A stretch of 38,074 nucleotides of DNA from Spirochaetaceae bacterium (GTDB taxonomy: Bacteria > Spirochaetota > Spirochaetia > SZUA-6 > Fen-1364): assembly GCA_003170115.1 (NCBI GenBank), contig PMZS01000194.1, forward strand, positions 1-38,074. Direction: 5' to 3'. The notes under the pieces were generated by a model, which had not been told where the DNA came from, ran no database searches, and worked only from the letters and a program-made list of their open reading frames with translations. This document shows positions 22,714-31,933 of this stretch, one piece after another (within the stretch, counting starts at the first letter, position 1; each line of letters opens with the position of its first letter). The position numbers and the translations under genes are program-made.

Positions 22714-25700
22714 TTCCGACGCAGCACGAGGATCGTAAGGTCATCATACTGGTCGTCTTCCTGTGCGTGCGTGAAGGTGGCATAGCCCGTGGCCTGCTCA
22801 CTCTCCACCCGGTGTGAAAAATATCGTTCGTATTGAAGGAAATGTTCCTTCAGGAAATCAGCGACCTTCGACTCCATTGTCACTTTGCTCTCTGCTCCTA
22901 GTCGTGGATCCGGGACCATGCGGTAGACCTTCTCCACCGAGACCAGGGCGAGAACCGCCTCTCTCGCGGTGCCCTGACAGGCAGAGAAGTCGAACAGGAG
23001 CTCTTCGTCAGGAATCGGATTATGGCTCCTGGTCAGGGTGTACCGTCCCCTGCTGAATACGGAGTTTATGATTCCGTCAATGCGAGCCTCCCCTAATTCT
23101 TCGGTGGGGCTGCCCTTCTTGTGTGTATCCAGGTGCTCCTGGCCCTCAGCAAGCCCCGGCTCGTCGCACTTCATCTCCCGGAAATTGGCATCGCGGAAAT
23201 TCCGATGCGCTTCCTCGAAACCGTCAGTTGCGAGAAAGAGCGCGTCACCGTTCGCCAGGCTGTGCTGGACCTGCCTGTACGGGGTCTTCATGTCGACGAG
23301 CATCGTGGGAAACATTCCCGCCGCGGGCGAATCGGGAAGTTTTCCATGGACAGTGCTCCTCTTCTCGACGCTGTAGGTGTTGATCTTCGTGTCCCCCGCA
23401 TTGCAGATGGTCGCCACGCCCGTGGCCGAATTGTACAGGCACACCGTGAGGGCCGCGAATCTCCCAATGAAGCCGCGCTCTTCCACCATGTCATTGATCG
23501 TGTAGACGAGAGGCTCGAGGCGCTCAAGCTCCTTGAGGGCGCGCTGCCGTGCCTGCGGATCCTTGATCTGTGCGATGTTGTCTTTGCGCTTGGGCCAGTT
23601 GCGGAAATAGTTGATAAAGAGGGTTGCCACCTCCACCATGATAAGCGCGGCAGACACTCCCTTGCCGGAGACGTCGCACTTGATGAGGGCGTAATAGGTA
23701 TCGTCCAGCCTCCTGAAATCGAAATAGTCACCCGAAACGCCTTTTGCGCCCTTGTAGTAGCCGTAGATCTCCAGCCGGGGGTTCTCCTCTTCCGCCGTGC
23801 TGGTCTCCCCGCCAGTCTTGTCTTTCACCAGCGGGAGGAACCGCTTCTGGACATCAATGCCCTGAAGGAGTTCCTTGTTCGCAATGGCGGCCTTGACCAG
23901 CCCCTGCGTCATCTCGTTCACCGTTTCCGCCAGCAAGCCGATCTCATCCCGGGTTCCGACCTCGATGTTGTGATCCTTGAGCTGCTCCTTGTCATCCGTG
24001 TCGCGGATGATCGCCACGCCACGGGCGAGCCGACGGATAGGGGTGACGGTGATGCTTGCCATGATGATCGCGCCGAGAATACCAAGTGCAATGGCGACGA
24101 GGGCGATCAGGCCTGCGAAACTCACGATGACTCGGATCGAACCTTCGATCTGCCGATTGATCGTGTCCGTCCTGACCTGCAGGCGGATCATTCCCTGGTA
24201 AAAGGTCGTATCCGCCAGGTTCTGGGCGCGGTTGTAGAAGACCACGGGCTTGTAGAAAAGGTACGTGGGCGAAAGTCGTGAGTTTGGGTCAAACGGTTGG
24301 AGGGTGCCCGAAGAGCTGTACAGGTTCTTCGCCTGGGTGTCGATGTCCGTGCCTGTCTGCGCAAGACGATCGTTCACCGCCTTGAGCTTGGCCTTGGAGT
24401 CCCCATCCGTCTTCCCCTGGAGTGCCTTCGCCTGCCCCTGCAGGTTTCGATACTCCTCAACGAGGCTGGCGAGCTTTGTCGCGCCTTCCGAGTCGATTTT
24501 CTTCTGCAGAGCCGGGATCACCGAGCGGGCCAGCTCGTCGTTCACCGTTTCCGTGCCTCTCCTGAAGGTCCCTGCTTTCTGCTCGTCGGCGAAGCGCTTT
24601 TCGTCGCTGTCCCAGATCGCGTCCTTCGGGTCAGTCGGGCGGAAGGCGTGATCCGGGCCGCTGATGGTCGTGAAAACCGCGTCGGCCATCGTGGAGCGCA
24701 GGTTGGACATGCCCACCGCGCCGAAGAAGCCCTGTTCCTGCTGAAGGAACAGAGACTCGGCGCTGGATGCAAGGGCGCCGAGAAGTATGTTCGCGCTGTC
24801 CTGCAGGCCGGTGGCGAGGGAGGCTCTCTGCCTGCTTACCGTCTGGTACCCAAGGGGAATGGAGACGATGAGGACGATCATTGTCACGAGGATCACCATG
24901 AGAAGGGTGAACTTGAGCCTCAGGCCGATGCCCTTTTTCTTCAACGCCTGCATCCGATTTTTCCTTTCCTCCCAATGTGGATTGGGGCGGCTCTCCAGAA
25001 GGGCCACGACCTCAGCCCTGACCGCGGCTCCCTCCAGCGCGAGCGCGACGATCTTGCGGAATGCAAGCACCGACAGCGCGGCCAGGAGCGCCACTACCAG
25101 CACCACGAGGAGCCCGTCGAACGAGAAGACATAGCGCGGGGATGGCCCGACAATCCATTTCGGCAGGAGGATCTGGAAATTGCCAACCTTCACGGTGCCG
25201 GGCGACTGGAAATCGAACATCGCCCCGGGTGTGAAGTACAGCACCTCCTGCCCGGTGGGGCGCTTCTGGAGGAGGCCGATCCGGTAAGAGCCTGATTCCC
25301 GATTGTCGTCCAGGGTGATGCCGGAGATCTGTCGGTCGGTGATGGTGAGCGGCGGCGCGGGCTCGAGCTGAATGTCCCACGGAGGATTCCTGTGACCGCG
25401 GTCCAGGTAGATGCTGGAGATCGGCCCATTGTCCCGGAACCCCCGGCCGAAGATCGTCACCTTTACTGTCCCGAGCACGGGATCCCTTTGCGTGGTGACC
25501 AGATCAACCCTGGTCACTACCTGGTAGTGACCCAGCTCCAGTGCGATCGTGGACGGCGGGCTCATGTTACCTGCCCGGTCCAGGGCCTGGACGGTGAGCA
25601 CGTAGACGCCGTTGTCCTTATTGGAGAAGACGAGGTCCGTGGTGTTCGTCACGACCCGCGCAGGCGGAGCCAGGAGCGGCACCCGGGACTGGACGTAGTC

Positions 25701-27500
25701 CGCCAGGGTGGCCCACCCCGGCTGCAGGTTATACGTGTAACCGACGATGTCCTTGTCTCCCGCGGACACCCAGCGAACCGTGAAAGAGTTCGCGTCGATC
25801 GGGTGCGAATGAGCGTCACGATGGTCCGGCGGCTCCGCCGGCGCCGTGAGTATGAGCGATCCGTCGGGGGCAAGCACTTCGAAGCTCACCGCGCCAGGAG
25901 GGGTTGCGTCTCGTACGTACGACACTGAAGACGGTGTCGTCGACACGTTTCCCGCGAGGTCCTCGGCGATGATGGAGAACGTCCAGGTCCCGTCCCTGTC
26001 GACCTTTTGCGTGGAATACAGCGCCTTTCCCGTCGATGTGAGCCCGGATACTGACTGCCTTTGCTTCTCGACCGTGGTGACACCGTCGCTGTACGTCCAG
26101 CTGTACCGGTACTCCCTGATGCCGGAAGGGTCGGGCGGCTGGGGCTCGGTCCAGCTCACCGTCACGGTTTCCCTGTTCGAGGGCTGCCCCGGCACGAAGT
26201 CCACCGGCCTCACGACCGGTACTCCCACCGATGTGAGCGGCCGCAGCTGGACGAGCGCTGATGGACTGCTGGAGGAGGCCTGGTTCTCCCAGAAGATGAA
26301 CAGCGAGTTCCTGAACTGCACGGCATGCGGGAAAATCGCGTTCACGACATCCGTATTCTGGAGGAGCTGGGACTGCCAGGTCCTGCCCTTCTGCGAGAGG
26401 GTGATGCGGGAGGTTCCCTTCGACCCATCCGCGAAAAGAACGTATTCCTGTCCGCGGAGCTGCAGGACGTGGGCGAAACGGGACGGCGAATCGGAGGCAA
26501 CGATTTCCGGTGCCGTCGTGATGGTTCCCTGGGCATCCAGGCGCGCTGACCAGATCTGCGGGTCGATCTTGCCAAAATCGGAACGTTCCCAGACCAGCGC
26601 CAGGCCATCACCGATAGCCGCCACCTGCGGCCGCTCGTTTTCAAACGCAAGCGGATCCGTACCGAAAATGGCCCTGCCGCCAATCAGTGTCTTCTCTGAT
26701 GTGAGGGGGCGTGCCGGGTCCCAGGCGGCCCCTCCGTCCGAGCTTCTCTTGACGTAGAGCTGCCACGTGCTCGTCATGTCCGAGCGGTTCGCGCGGGACT
26801 CGAAGACGACGTACTCTCGACCCTGCAGGGTGGCGTGCGCAGGCTGCAGCTGAGGGCCGCCAATGCCATCCGCGGCATTTGTGAAGGGTGCGAGCTCGGA
26901 CCACGAGCGGCCGTCCCGTGAATTGCTGAACGCAAGAGTGACGGATCCGGAGGCGATATCCGCGTTGTGGGAACCCTGGGAAAGGAGCAGGAGGAATCCT
27001 CCTCCGTTCGTCGTGTAGAGGTGCGGTGCGCCTATGGATGCCTTTGCCAGGATCCGCTGCACCTGCTGGAAGGTGGCCCCCCTGTCCGTGGACTGCAGGA
27101 TCACCGCCTCACTGTCCGATGCCGCCACCGCCACCAGGATCCGGTCGTGCGAATCCATCACCATGGAGTACATGCGGGGATCGCTTCCCTCGGTGACCTC
27201 GGTGTAATGAATCGGGCCGAAGAACCGGGAGTGCGTGTTCCACGTCACGCCATCGGAAGAGACCGCAACTGAGAGGAAGATGTCGCCGTTGGTGCGATCC
27301 GTCTGCGATCGGGGCCGTATCTCCTGCCACGCGAGCCCCATAAGCGACGAACCGACCATCGAGCTGCTGGAGGACATGCCCGGCGGCACGAAGACATGCG
27401 GATTCTCCCAATACAGCGTCTGAGCCGCTCCTGGCGATGCGGCCGCCAGGAGAGCCGCGAGACACGTCGCGAGCCGTGAAACTGTGCGGCGCCTGCTCAT
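22710..27500 (-). CDS. Large multidomain sensor: signal peptide, BNR/Asp-box beta-propeller-like region, FN3/Ig-like domains, three TM segments, HAMP, PP2C/SpoIIE-type phosphatase
   Basis: Asp-box-like SSDGVTW, STDRGATF, SRDGRSW and SSDGGAAW. FN3-like VTVSWTEPQPP..IREYRYSW and LDRAGNMSPPS. TM segments LLVVLVVALLAALSVLAF, FTLLMVILVTMIVLIVSIPLGY and VIVSFAGLIALVAIALGILGAIIMA. HAMP: PIRRLARGV...RDEIGLLAETVNEMTQGL. SpoIIE: VSGDYFDF...IKCDVSGKGVSAALIMV...DGFEEA...DDLTILVLRR. Confidence 0.85.
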   Translation of the reverse strand: MSRRRTVSRLATCLAALLAAASPGAAQTLYWENPHVFVPPGMSSSSSMVGSSLMGLAWQEIRPRSQTDRTNGDIFLSVAVSSDGVTWNTHSRFFGPIHYTEVTEGSDPRMYSMVMDSHDRILVAVAASDSEAVILQSTDRGATFQQVQRILAKASIGAPHLYTTNGGGFLLLLSQGSHNADIASGSVTLAFSNSRDGRSWSELAPFTNAADGIGGPQLQPAHATLQGREYVVFESRANRSDMTSTWQLYVKRSSDGGAAWDPARPLTSEKTLIGGRAIFGTDPLAFENERPQVAAIGDGLALVWERSDFGKIDPQIWSARLDAQGTITTAPEIVASDSPSRFAHVLQLRGQEYVLFADGSKGTSRITLSQKGRTWQSQLLQNTDVVNAIFPHAVQFRNSLFIFWENQASSSSPSALVQLRPLTSVGVPVVRPVDFVPGQPSNRETVTVSWTEPQPPDPSGIREYRYSWTYSDGVTTVEKQRQSVSGLTSTGKALYSTQKVDRDGTWTFSIIAEDLAGNVSTTPSSVSYVRDATPPGAVSFEVLAPDGSLILTAPAEPPDHRDAHSHPIDANSFTVRWVSAGDKDIVGYTYNLQPGWATLADYVQSRVPLLAPPARVVTNTTDLVFSNKDNGVYVLTVQALDRAGNMSPPSTIALELGHYQVVTRVDLVTTQRDPVLGTVKVTIFGRGFRDNGPISSIYLDRGHRNPPWDIQLEPAPPLTITDRQISGITLDDNRESGSYRIGLLQKRPTGQEVLYFTPGAMFDFQSPGTVKVGNFQILLPKWIVGPSPRYVFSFDGLLVVLVVALLAALSVLAFRKIVALALEGAAVRAEVVALLESRPNPHWEERKNRMQALKKKGIGLRLKFTLLMVILVTMIVLIVSIPLGYQTVSRQRASLATGLQDSANILLGALASSAESLFLQQEQGFFGAVGMSNLRSTMADAVFTTISGPDHAFRPTDPKDAIWDSDEKRFADEQKAGTFRRGTETVNDELARSVIPALQKKIDSEGATKLASLVEEYRNLQGQAKALQGKTDGDSKAKLKAVNDRLAQTGTDIDTQAKNLYSSSGTLQPFDPNSRLSPTYLFYKPVVFYNRAQNLADTTFYQGMIRLQVRTDTINRQIEGSIRVIVSFAGLIALVAIALGILGAIIMASITVTPIRRLARGVAIIRDTDDKEQLKDHNIEVGTRDEIGLLAETVNEMTQGLVKAAIANKELLQGIDVQKRFLPLVKDKTGGETSTAEEENPRLEIYGYYKGAKGVSGDYFDFRRLDDTYYALIKCDVSGKGVSAALIMVEVATLFINYFRNWPKRKDNIAQIKDPQARQRALKELERLEPLVYTINDMVEERGFIGRFAALTVCLYNSATGVATICNAGDTKINTYSVEKRSTVHGKLPDSPAAGMFPTMLVDMKTPYRQVQHSLANGDALFLATDGFEEAHRNFRDANFREMKCDEPGLAEGQEHLDTHKKGSPTEELGEARIDGIINSVFSRGRYTLTRSHNPIPDEELLFDFSACQGTAREAVLALVSVEKVYRMVPDPRLGAESKVTMESKVADFLKEHFLQYERYFSHRVESEQATGYATFTHAQEDDQYDDLTILVLRRK

Positions 27501-30500
27501 GATATGTTCAGCTGGACCTCGAGCCGCTTCTTGAGCCTGAGCAGGGGTCCGTAGGTCTTGTTCCGTGGCGACCTCGCGTCGTTCCAGATTCCCATGACCT
27601 TGTCGTAGGCGTCCTGGTAGGCGCCGGAAAGGAAGAGGCTGTAGGACTCGTTGTACGCCTGGGTGTCAGCCGGAGAAAGAGCCGCAAGGGCGGTGCTCCC
27701 CATCTTCGTGCGGATCAAACCGTCCAGCCTGACGGCATCCGTGCTGTCTGGATTGACGTGCAACGCCTGTTTCAGCAGGTCCAGCGCGCCCTGGTACGCC
27801 TCCTGGGTTCCCTGCTGCTGGAGTACATTCGCCTGCTGGACAAGGGCGGTCGATTGGGCGATCTGCTGGGCAGTCGGCGGGCGCCGCGCGAGACCAAGGG
27901 CGTACTCCAGTTCCTGGATCGTCCCCCTGGTCTGGGCGGCGAACTTCGGATCGAGCTTCGAGTAGTCAAGCAGCGCGAGGTAGGCGGTTTTCTGTCCTTC
28001 GATGTTGCTCGTGTCCGCCCCCATCCTCATGTACGTGGCAATCTGGGCCATGGCGTCTTTCTGGAAACCCGCCGGGTCCGTTTGTTTCTTGATCATGAGC
28101 TGGAGCACCTTCGCCGCCCCGTAGTTCGGGGCCACCGCGAGGGCGTCCTTCACATTCTGGGTGGCGTCGGCAAGCTTTCCGGCGGCCAGGTTGTCCTGGG
28201 CATTCTTGATGAAAGCATTCACCACGTCCGCCTTCGCGTCCAGCCGCGATATCTCCCGGCCCTGGCTGAGCTCGACCGCGGCCTGGATGGTGAGCCTCAG
28301 GTTGTCGAAGGGAGGATAGCTGGCTTCCTGGTTCTGGCTCCAGGCCCGCACCGCGGTATCCAGTGAATCGCTTGCCCCCAGGAAGTCCTTCACCACGATG
28401 AGCTTGTTGATCGCCGTCACCGCCTTCTGGGCCGCATCCACCGAGAGCTTGTTCTGGAGGTTCACGATCTGCCCATTGATCTCGTCCCGATCCCGCGTCG
28501 TGCGGTTCGCCGCGTGATCCGTGTACGCTTCCGTGAGGGATCTCAGATAGGCGGCGGTCGCCGGCTCGAGCGCCGAGGCCGCTCCATCGGGGTCTCCGCG
28601 GGCCAGGGCTGCCTGCGCCTGCGCGAAATTGTTGTCCCCTTCCCGGCTGGCCAGAGCCGCGTCGTCGACCTGGCGCAGCGCCGAAGCTGAGAGCGTGGTG
28701 ATGCGCGTCTTTTCCGCCTGTGCGGTCTGGAGGACGAGGTTGTACCCGCGCCGCTCGGAGCTGCCCTCAAAGAGGGCGGTGAATTCCGGAGCCGCCTTCA
28801 CGTATGCGTTGTCCGATTGGAGCTTCTGCTCGTGCGCGACAATGTCTGCGATCAGGGAATCGAGATTCCCGTCGGCGGTCTTCAGGACCTCGATGGCCTG
28901 ATCGGGATGCTTCACGGCAAGCCCTGTGCCGGAGGGGAGTTGCCCGTTCACTGTGCCATCCTTCAGGTCTTCGGCCCGTGTCCGGAGAGCCACTGCGTCA
29001 TCAAGGCGCTTCGGGAACGCGGCACCGCCAATGAAGGCGATCCTCAGCGCGTAGGCAACATCACGAGACCTGAGGTCGGCGGCCGCGAAAGCCCGAAAAA
29101 GAGACGACATGTACACCGCGGAATCGCCGAGTGAAGCGGCCGCATCAATCACATCCGCCTTGGATTCCCACGCTTTTCCTCGCGCCGACCACGCGGCGTC
29201 CTGTAATTGCGCCTCGCTCGCTCGGCGCGCCAGGCTTACGCGGGCCGACGCGAGCTGCACTGCTTCGGCCGCAAGGCTCACTGATGAAGCATCCGCGCCG
29301 GCCGAAAAGGAAGGCGCAGCGGGCATCGCGTCCAGGTCTTTTCTGTACACGATCAGCAGCCGGTATCCCCGAGATTCCGCGGCGTACTCCTGCGCCACCA
29401 GGGCACGACCGAGCGCCTCCTTCATCGCGCGGGATTCCTCGTCGGAGAGCTTCCATCCCGATGCAGCGTTCATGCCGAACCGCGCCGAGACGAGAGCCGC
29501 CGCCCTGGCAGCAAGGATGCTTTTGGAAGGGATTTCCGCGAATGCAGCGTCCGCGGCAGCAAGCCCTCCCGATTCGTACGCGGCTCGCGCGGATTCGAAT
29601 ACAGCGGTGACAGCGGAGTTGGTGGCGTCTGCCATTTGTTGAGCCTCACCTGCCCAGAGGAGCCGCAGCGCGGGGGCGATGCCTTCTGTTCGGCTCTCTC
29701 GGCCCCGGCAGAGCCACACGAGGTATCGGAGGTACAGGTTTACCCTGCTCTTGTCCGAGGAAAGCTGGATCGACCGGCTGATTTCGGCAATCGAGGAGGT
29801 CCAATCGCGGACGAGGCCCTCCGCGGCGGCGGCCTGGAGGAGTGGCGCTGTGGTGGCGTCGAATTGCGCAGCCCGGTCCTGCGCGGTGCTCTCGGACGCT
29901 GAAGGCAGGGCGAGAAGGGCCTGCACGGCGGGCAGGATCGCCGGGAGCGCGGGTGCCGATTTCTGCTCCTCCCTTGCGGCAGTGACAATGCCAGCGGTGG
30001 CCCGTTTGACGCTCGCGACTATGATCTCACCATAGCCCGCGGCTTCAAACTGGGACAGAGGAAGGGTCACACCCGCCTTCTCCGGATCGGTGAGTGGGAG
30101 AAGATACAGCGCAAGGGCGTCGGCGGCCTTCCCATCCTGCAGAAGGCCGTATGCGCGGTTCATAAGCTTGAGGAAACCAAGGAGCACCTCGGCCTGGCCC
30201 GTCATTCCGGCCGCCCGGGCAGGGTCGATCCGGTGCAGCTCGGGAATGAGTACCTGCATTTTCGCGACATCCCCGGCTTCGATCGCCTTGCCCAACTCCT
30301 CGAGCACGGCGTTGTAGTTCTGCATGACGACCATGATCTGTGTCATGAGCCGGCTCGTCTCGTCCCGCAGGTTCGGATCCTTGCGTTGAATCGTGGCCAG
30401 GAGCTTGAGAGCCCCCGAATAGTCCTGTTGCTGAATGAGTCTTTCCACGTCAGAAAGGCGCGCCTCCGGCTGTCCTCCCGCCCATACCACCGCGGTGACG

Positions 30501-30661
30501 GGAAGCCAGAGCGTGAGGCAAAGAATAAGCGCGCGGGCTTTCAGGCTATGCGTCGGCACAGAACCCCACACTGGTATTATCGACGAAATGCCATGGCTGG
30601 TCACCCCTAATAGCACCGCCTCCCCAGCATCTTGCGGCTGCCTCTCTATGGAATAACGCAC
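27497..30661 (-). CDS. Large alpha-helical TPR-like repeat protein with N-terminal signal/anchor
   Basis: 1054-aa ORF whose stop overlaps the next start (ATGA at 27497-27500). Hydrophobic LKARALILCLTLWLPVTAVVWAGG near the N-terminus. TPR-like segments: DYSGALKLLATIQRKDPN, AGKLADATQNVKDALAVAPNYG, QEAYQGALDLLKQALHVNPDS. The true start is probably GTG 30559 rather than GTG 30661. Confidence 0.7.
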   Translation of the reverse strand: MRYSIERQPQDAGEAVLLGVTSHGISSIIPVWGSVPTHSLKARALILCLTLWLPVTAVVWAGGQPEARLSDVERLIQQQDYSGALKLLATIQRKDPNLRDETSRLMTQIMVVMQNYNAVLEELGKAIEAGDVAKMQVLIPELHRIDPARAAGMTGQAEVLLGFLKLMNRAYGLLQDGKAADALALYLLPLTDPEKAGVTLPLSQFEAAGYGEIIVASVKRATAGIVTAAREEQKSAPALPAILPAVQALLALPSASESTAQDRAAQFDATTAPLLQAAAAEGLVRDWTSSIAEISRSIQLSSDKSRVNLYLRYLVWLCRGRESRTEGIAPALRLLWAGEAQQMADATNSAVTAVFESARAAYESGGLAAADAAFAEIPSKSILAARAAALVSARFGMNAASGWKLSDEESRAMKEALGRALVAQEYAAESRGYRLLIVYRKDLDAMPAAPSFSAGADASSVSLAAEAVQLASARVSLARRASEAQLQDAAWSARGKAWESKADVIDAAASLGDSAVYMSSLFRAFAAADLRSRDVAYALRIAFIGGAAFPKRLDDAVALRTRAEDLKDGTVNGQLPSGTGLAVKHPDQAIEVLKTADGNLDSLIADIVAHEQKLQSDNAYVKAAPEFTALFEGSSERRGYNLVLQTAQAEKTRITTLSASALRQVDDAALASREGDNNFAQAQAALARGDPDGAASALEPATAAYLRSLTEAYTDHAANRTTRDRDEINGQIVNLQNKLSVDAAQKAVTAINKLIVVKDFLGASDSLDTAVRAWSQNQEASYPPFDNLRLTIQAAVELSQGREISRLDAKADVVNAFIKNAQDNLAAGKLADATQNVKDALAVAPNYGAAKVLQLMIKKQTDPAGFQKDAMAQIATYMRMGADTSNIEGQKTAYLALLDYSKLDPKFAAQTRGTIQELEYALGLARRPPTAQQIAQSTALVQQANVLQQQGTQEAYQGALDLLKQALHVNPDSTDAVRLDGLIRTKMGSTALAALSPADTQAYNESYSLFLSGAYQDAYDKVMGIWNDARSPRNKTYGPLLRLKKRLEVQLNIS

Positions 30662-30681
30662 CGCGCCGATGTATACTCTGA

Positions 30682-31926
30682 ATGGAAATGCGTATCCGGC
30701 GGCCGGCCCTCATCCTCGCCTTTCTCGCGACGACACAGCTTGCCACCTGGGCCCAGCAGAATTTCTACTCCGGCTGGACGAGCCTGCTGCAGTCCATGGC
30801 GGACAGCAATACAGGGCTGCGCTCCTTCCCCACCCTGCTCATCCCGATGGGAGGGCTCGCGGAGGGAATGGGAACCGCCTACACTGCCGTTTCACGTGAC
30901 GCGGGCTATATAGAGTTCAATCCCGCGGGCAGCTCCATCCTGCCGACCTCCGAGCTTGCGCTGTACCACCATAGCTGGATCGCCGACTCGAACCTTGAAG
31001 GGGTGGTGTATACCATCAGGTTCGACGACCTGGGAATCGGTTTTGGAGGCAAGTTCCTCTACGTACCATTCACCGCGTACAACGAATGGGGCGCGGCCGT
31101 CGCAAACAACTACATCAGCGAGACCGTTGGCACACTGAACGTTTCCTACAACTTCCTCTCAAGCTACTATTTCTACGGGGTGGCCGTGGGAGCAAATATC
31201 AAGGTTGCCTACCGCAATATCCCCGACATTGCTTCCCTGTCCGTCTACAACCAGTCCGCGCTCGCCTTCATGGCGGACATCGGCGCTCAGACCAGCTTCA
31301 ACCTGCTTAAGTTTTACAATTCGCAGTCCAAAAACTTTTCCGTGGGCCTCGTGGTGAAAAACCTCGGTATCTCCACTCTCTCGGACGAGTCTCTCCCGCA
31401 GATGGCAACCGCGGGGCTCGCGTGGACGCCTCTTCGGCCGTGGACAATCGCCTTCGATTTCACTTACCCGTTCAGCTTCCCCGGTCAACCGCCCGCGGAA
31501 GTCTGGAATGTCGCGATCGGCACGACGGTCGCACTGACGAGCTTCCTCTCGGTCCAGGGAGGCGTCCTCATGAAGGCGGACAACCCGCGAATCAGCGTCG
31601 GGGCGGCCCTCACCATCGGGACCCTCGCGCTGACCATGAATTACAACCTGGATCTCAGCGGCTCCCTGAATCCCGTGGACAAGTTCAGCGTGCAGGCGAA
31701 GTTCGACCTGGGGGACTCGGGCCGATCGGCACGCGCCCAGGAGGCGGAGGCGGTGTACCTGCAGGGCGTCGAGGAGTTCGCCAATGGGAATTACGAGCAG
31801 GCCCTCGCCCTCTGGCAGGAGGTGTTGAAGCTCGACCCGAAATATCTGCCCGCGGCGGACAACATCCGCACCGTGCAGCGGACCATCGCCCTCCAGGAAC
31901 AGACCCAGACAGCGACGCCGAAGTAG
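30682..31926 (+). CDS. UPF0164 / FadL-PorV-like outer-membrane beta-barrel protein with a C-terminal TPR-like tail
   Basis: Signal peptide RRPALILAFLATTQLATWAQ. GLAEGMGTAYTAVSRDAGYIEFNPAGSS resembles the conserved N-terminal motif of the treponemal UPF0164/FadL-like family. Beta-strand pattern throughout. Tail: AEAVYLQGVEEFANGNYEQALALWQEVLKLDPKY. Confidence 0.6.
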   Translation: MEMRIRRPALILAFLATTQLATWAQQNFYSGWTSLLQSMADSNTGLRSFPTLLIPMGGLAEGMGTAYTAVSRDAGYIEFNPAGSSILPTSELALYHHSWIADSNLEGVVYTIRFDDLGIGFGGKFLYVPFTAYNEWGAAVANNYISETVGTLNVSYNFLSSYYFYGVAVGANIKVAYRNIPDIASLSVYNQSALAFMADIGAQTSFNLLKFYNSQSKNFSVGLVVKNLGISTLSDESLPQMATAGLAWTPLRPWTIAFDFTYPFSFPGQPPAEVWNVAIGTTVALTSFLSVQGGVLMKADNPRISVGAALTIGTLALTMNYNLDLSGSLNPVDKFSVQAKFDLGDSGRSARAQEAEAVYLQGVEEFANGNYEQALALWQEVLKLDPKYLPAADNIRTVQRTIALQEQTQTATPK

Positions 31927-31933
31927 CCCGCAG

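Noticed and set aside
23121-25295. Plus-strand ORFs of 386 and 332 aa (23121..24281, 24297..25295), plus further shorter ORFs on both strands
   Set aside because: All lie inside, and the plus-strand ones antisense to, the 1596-aa sensor gene, whose HAMP and SpoIIE motifs fix the true frame. These are GC-driven shadow frames.
26200-27420. Annotating the BNR region of the 1596-aa protein as an active exo-sialidase
   Set aside because: Only Asp-box-like repeats are visible, two canonical and two one residue short. I could not find an FRIP-type motif or assign catalytic residues by eye.
30560-30661. First 34 codons of the 1054-aa TPR-like ORF
   Set aside because: They would leave only 20 nt for two divergent promoters. 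The in-frame GTG at 30559 immediately precedes the hydrophobic signal/anchor and has GTGACC-17-GATAAT upstream. I kept the full ORF coordinates in the feature table but consider the shorter version more likely.
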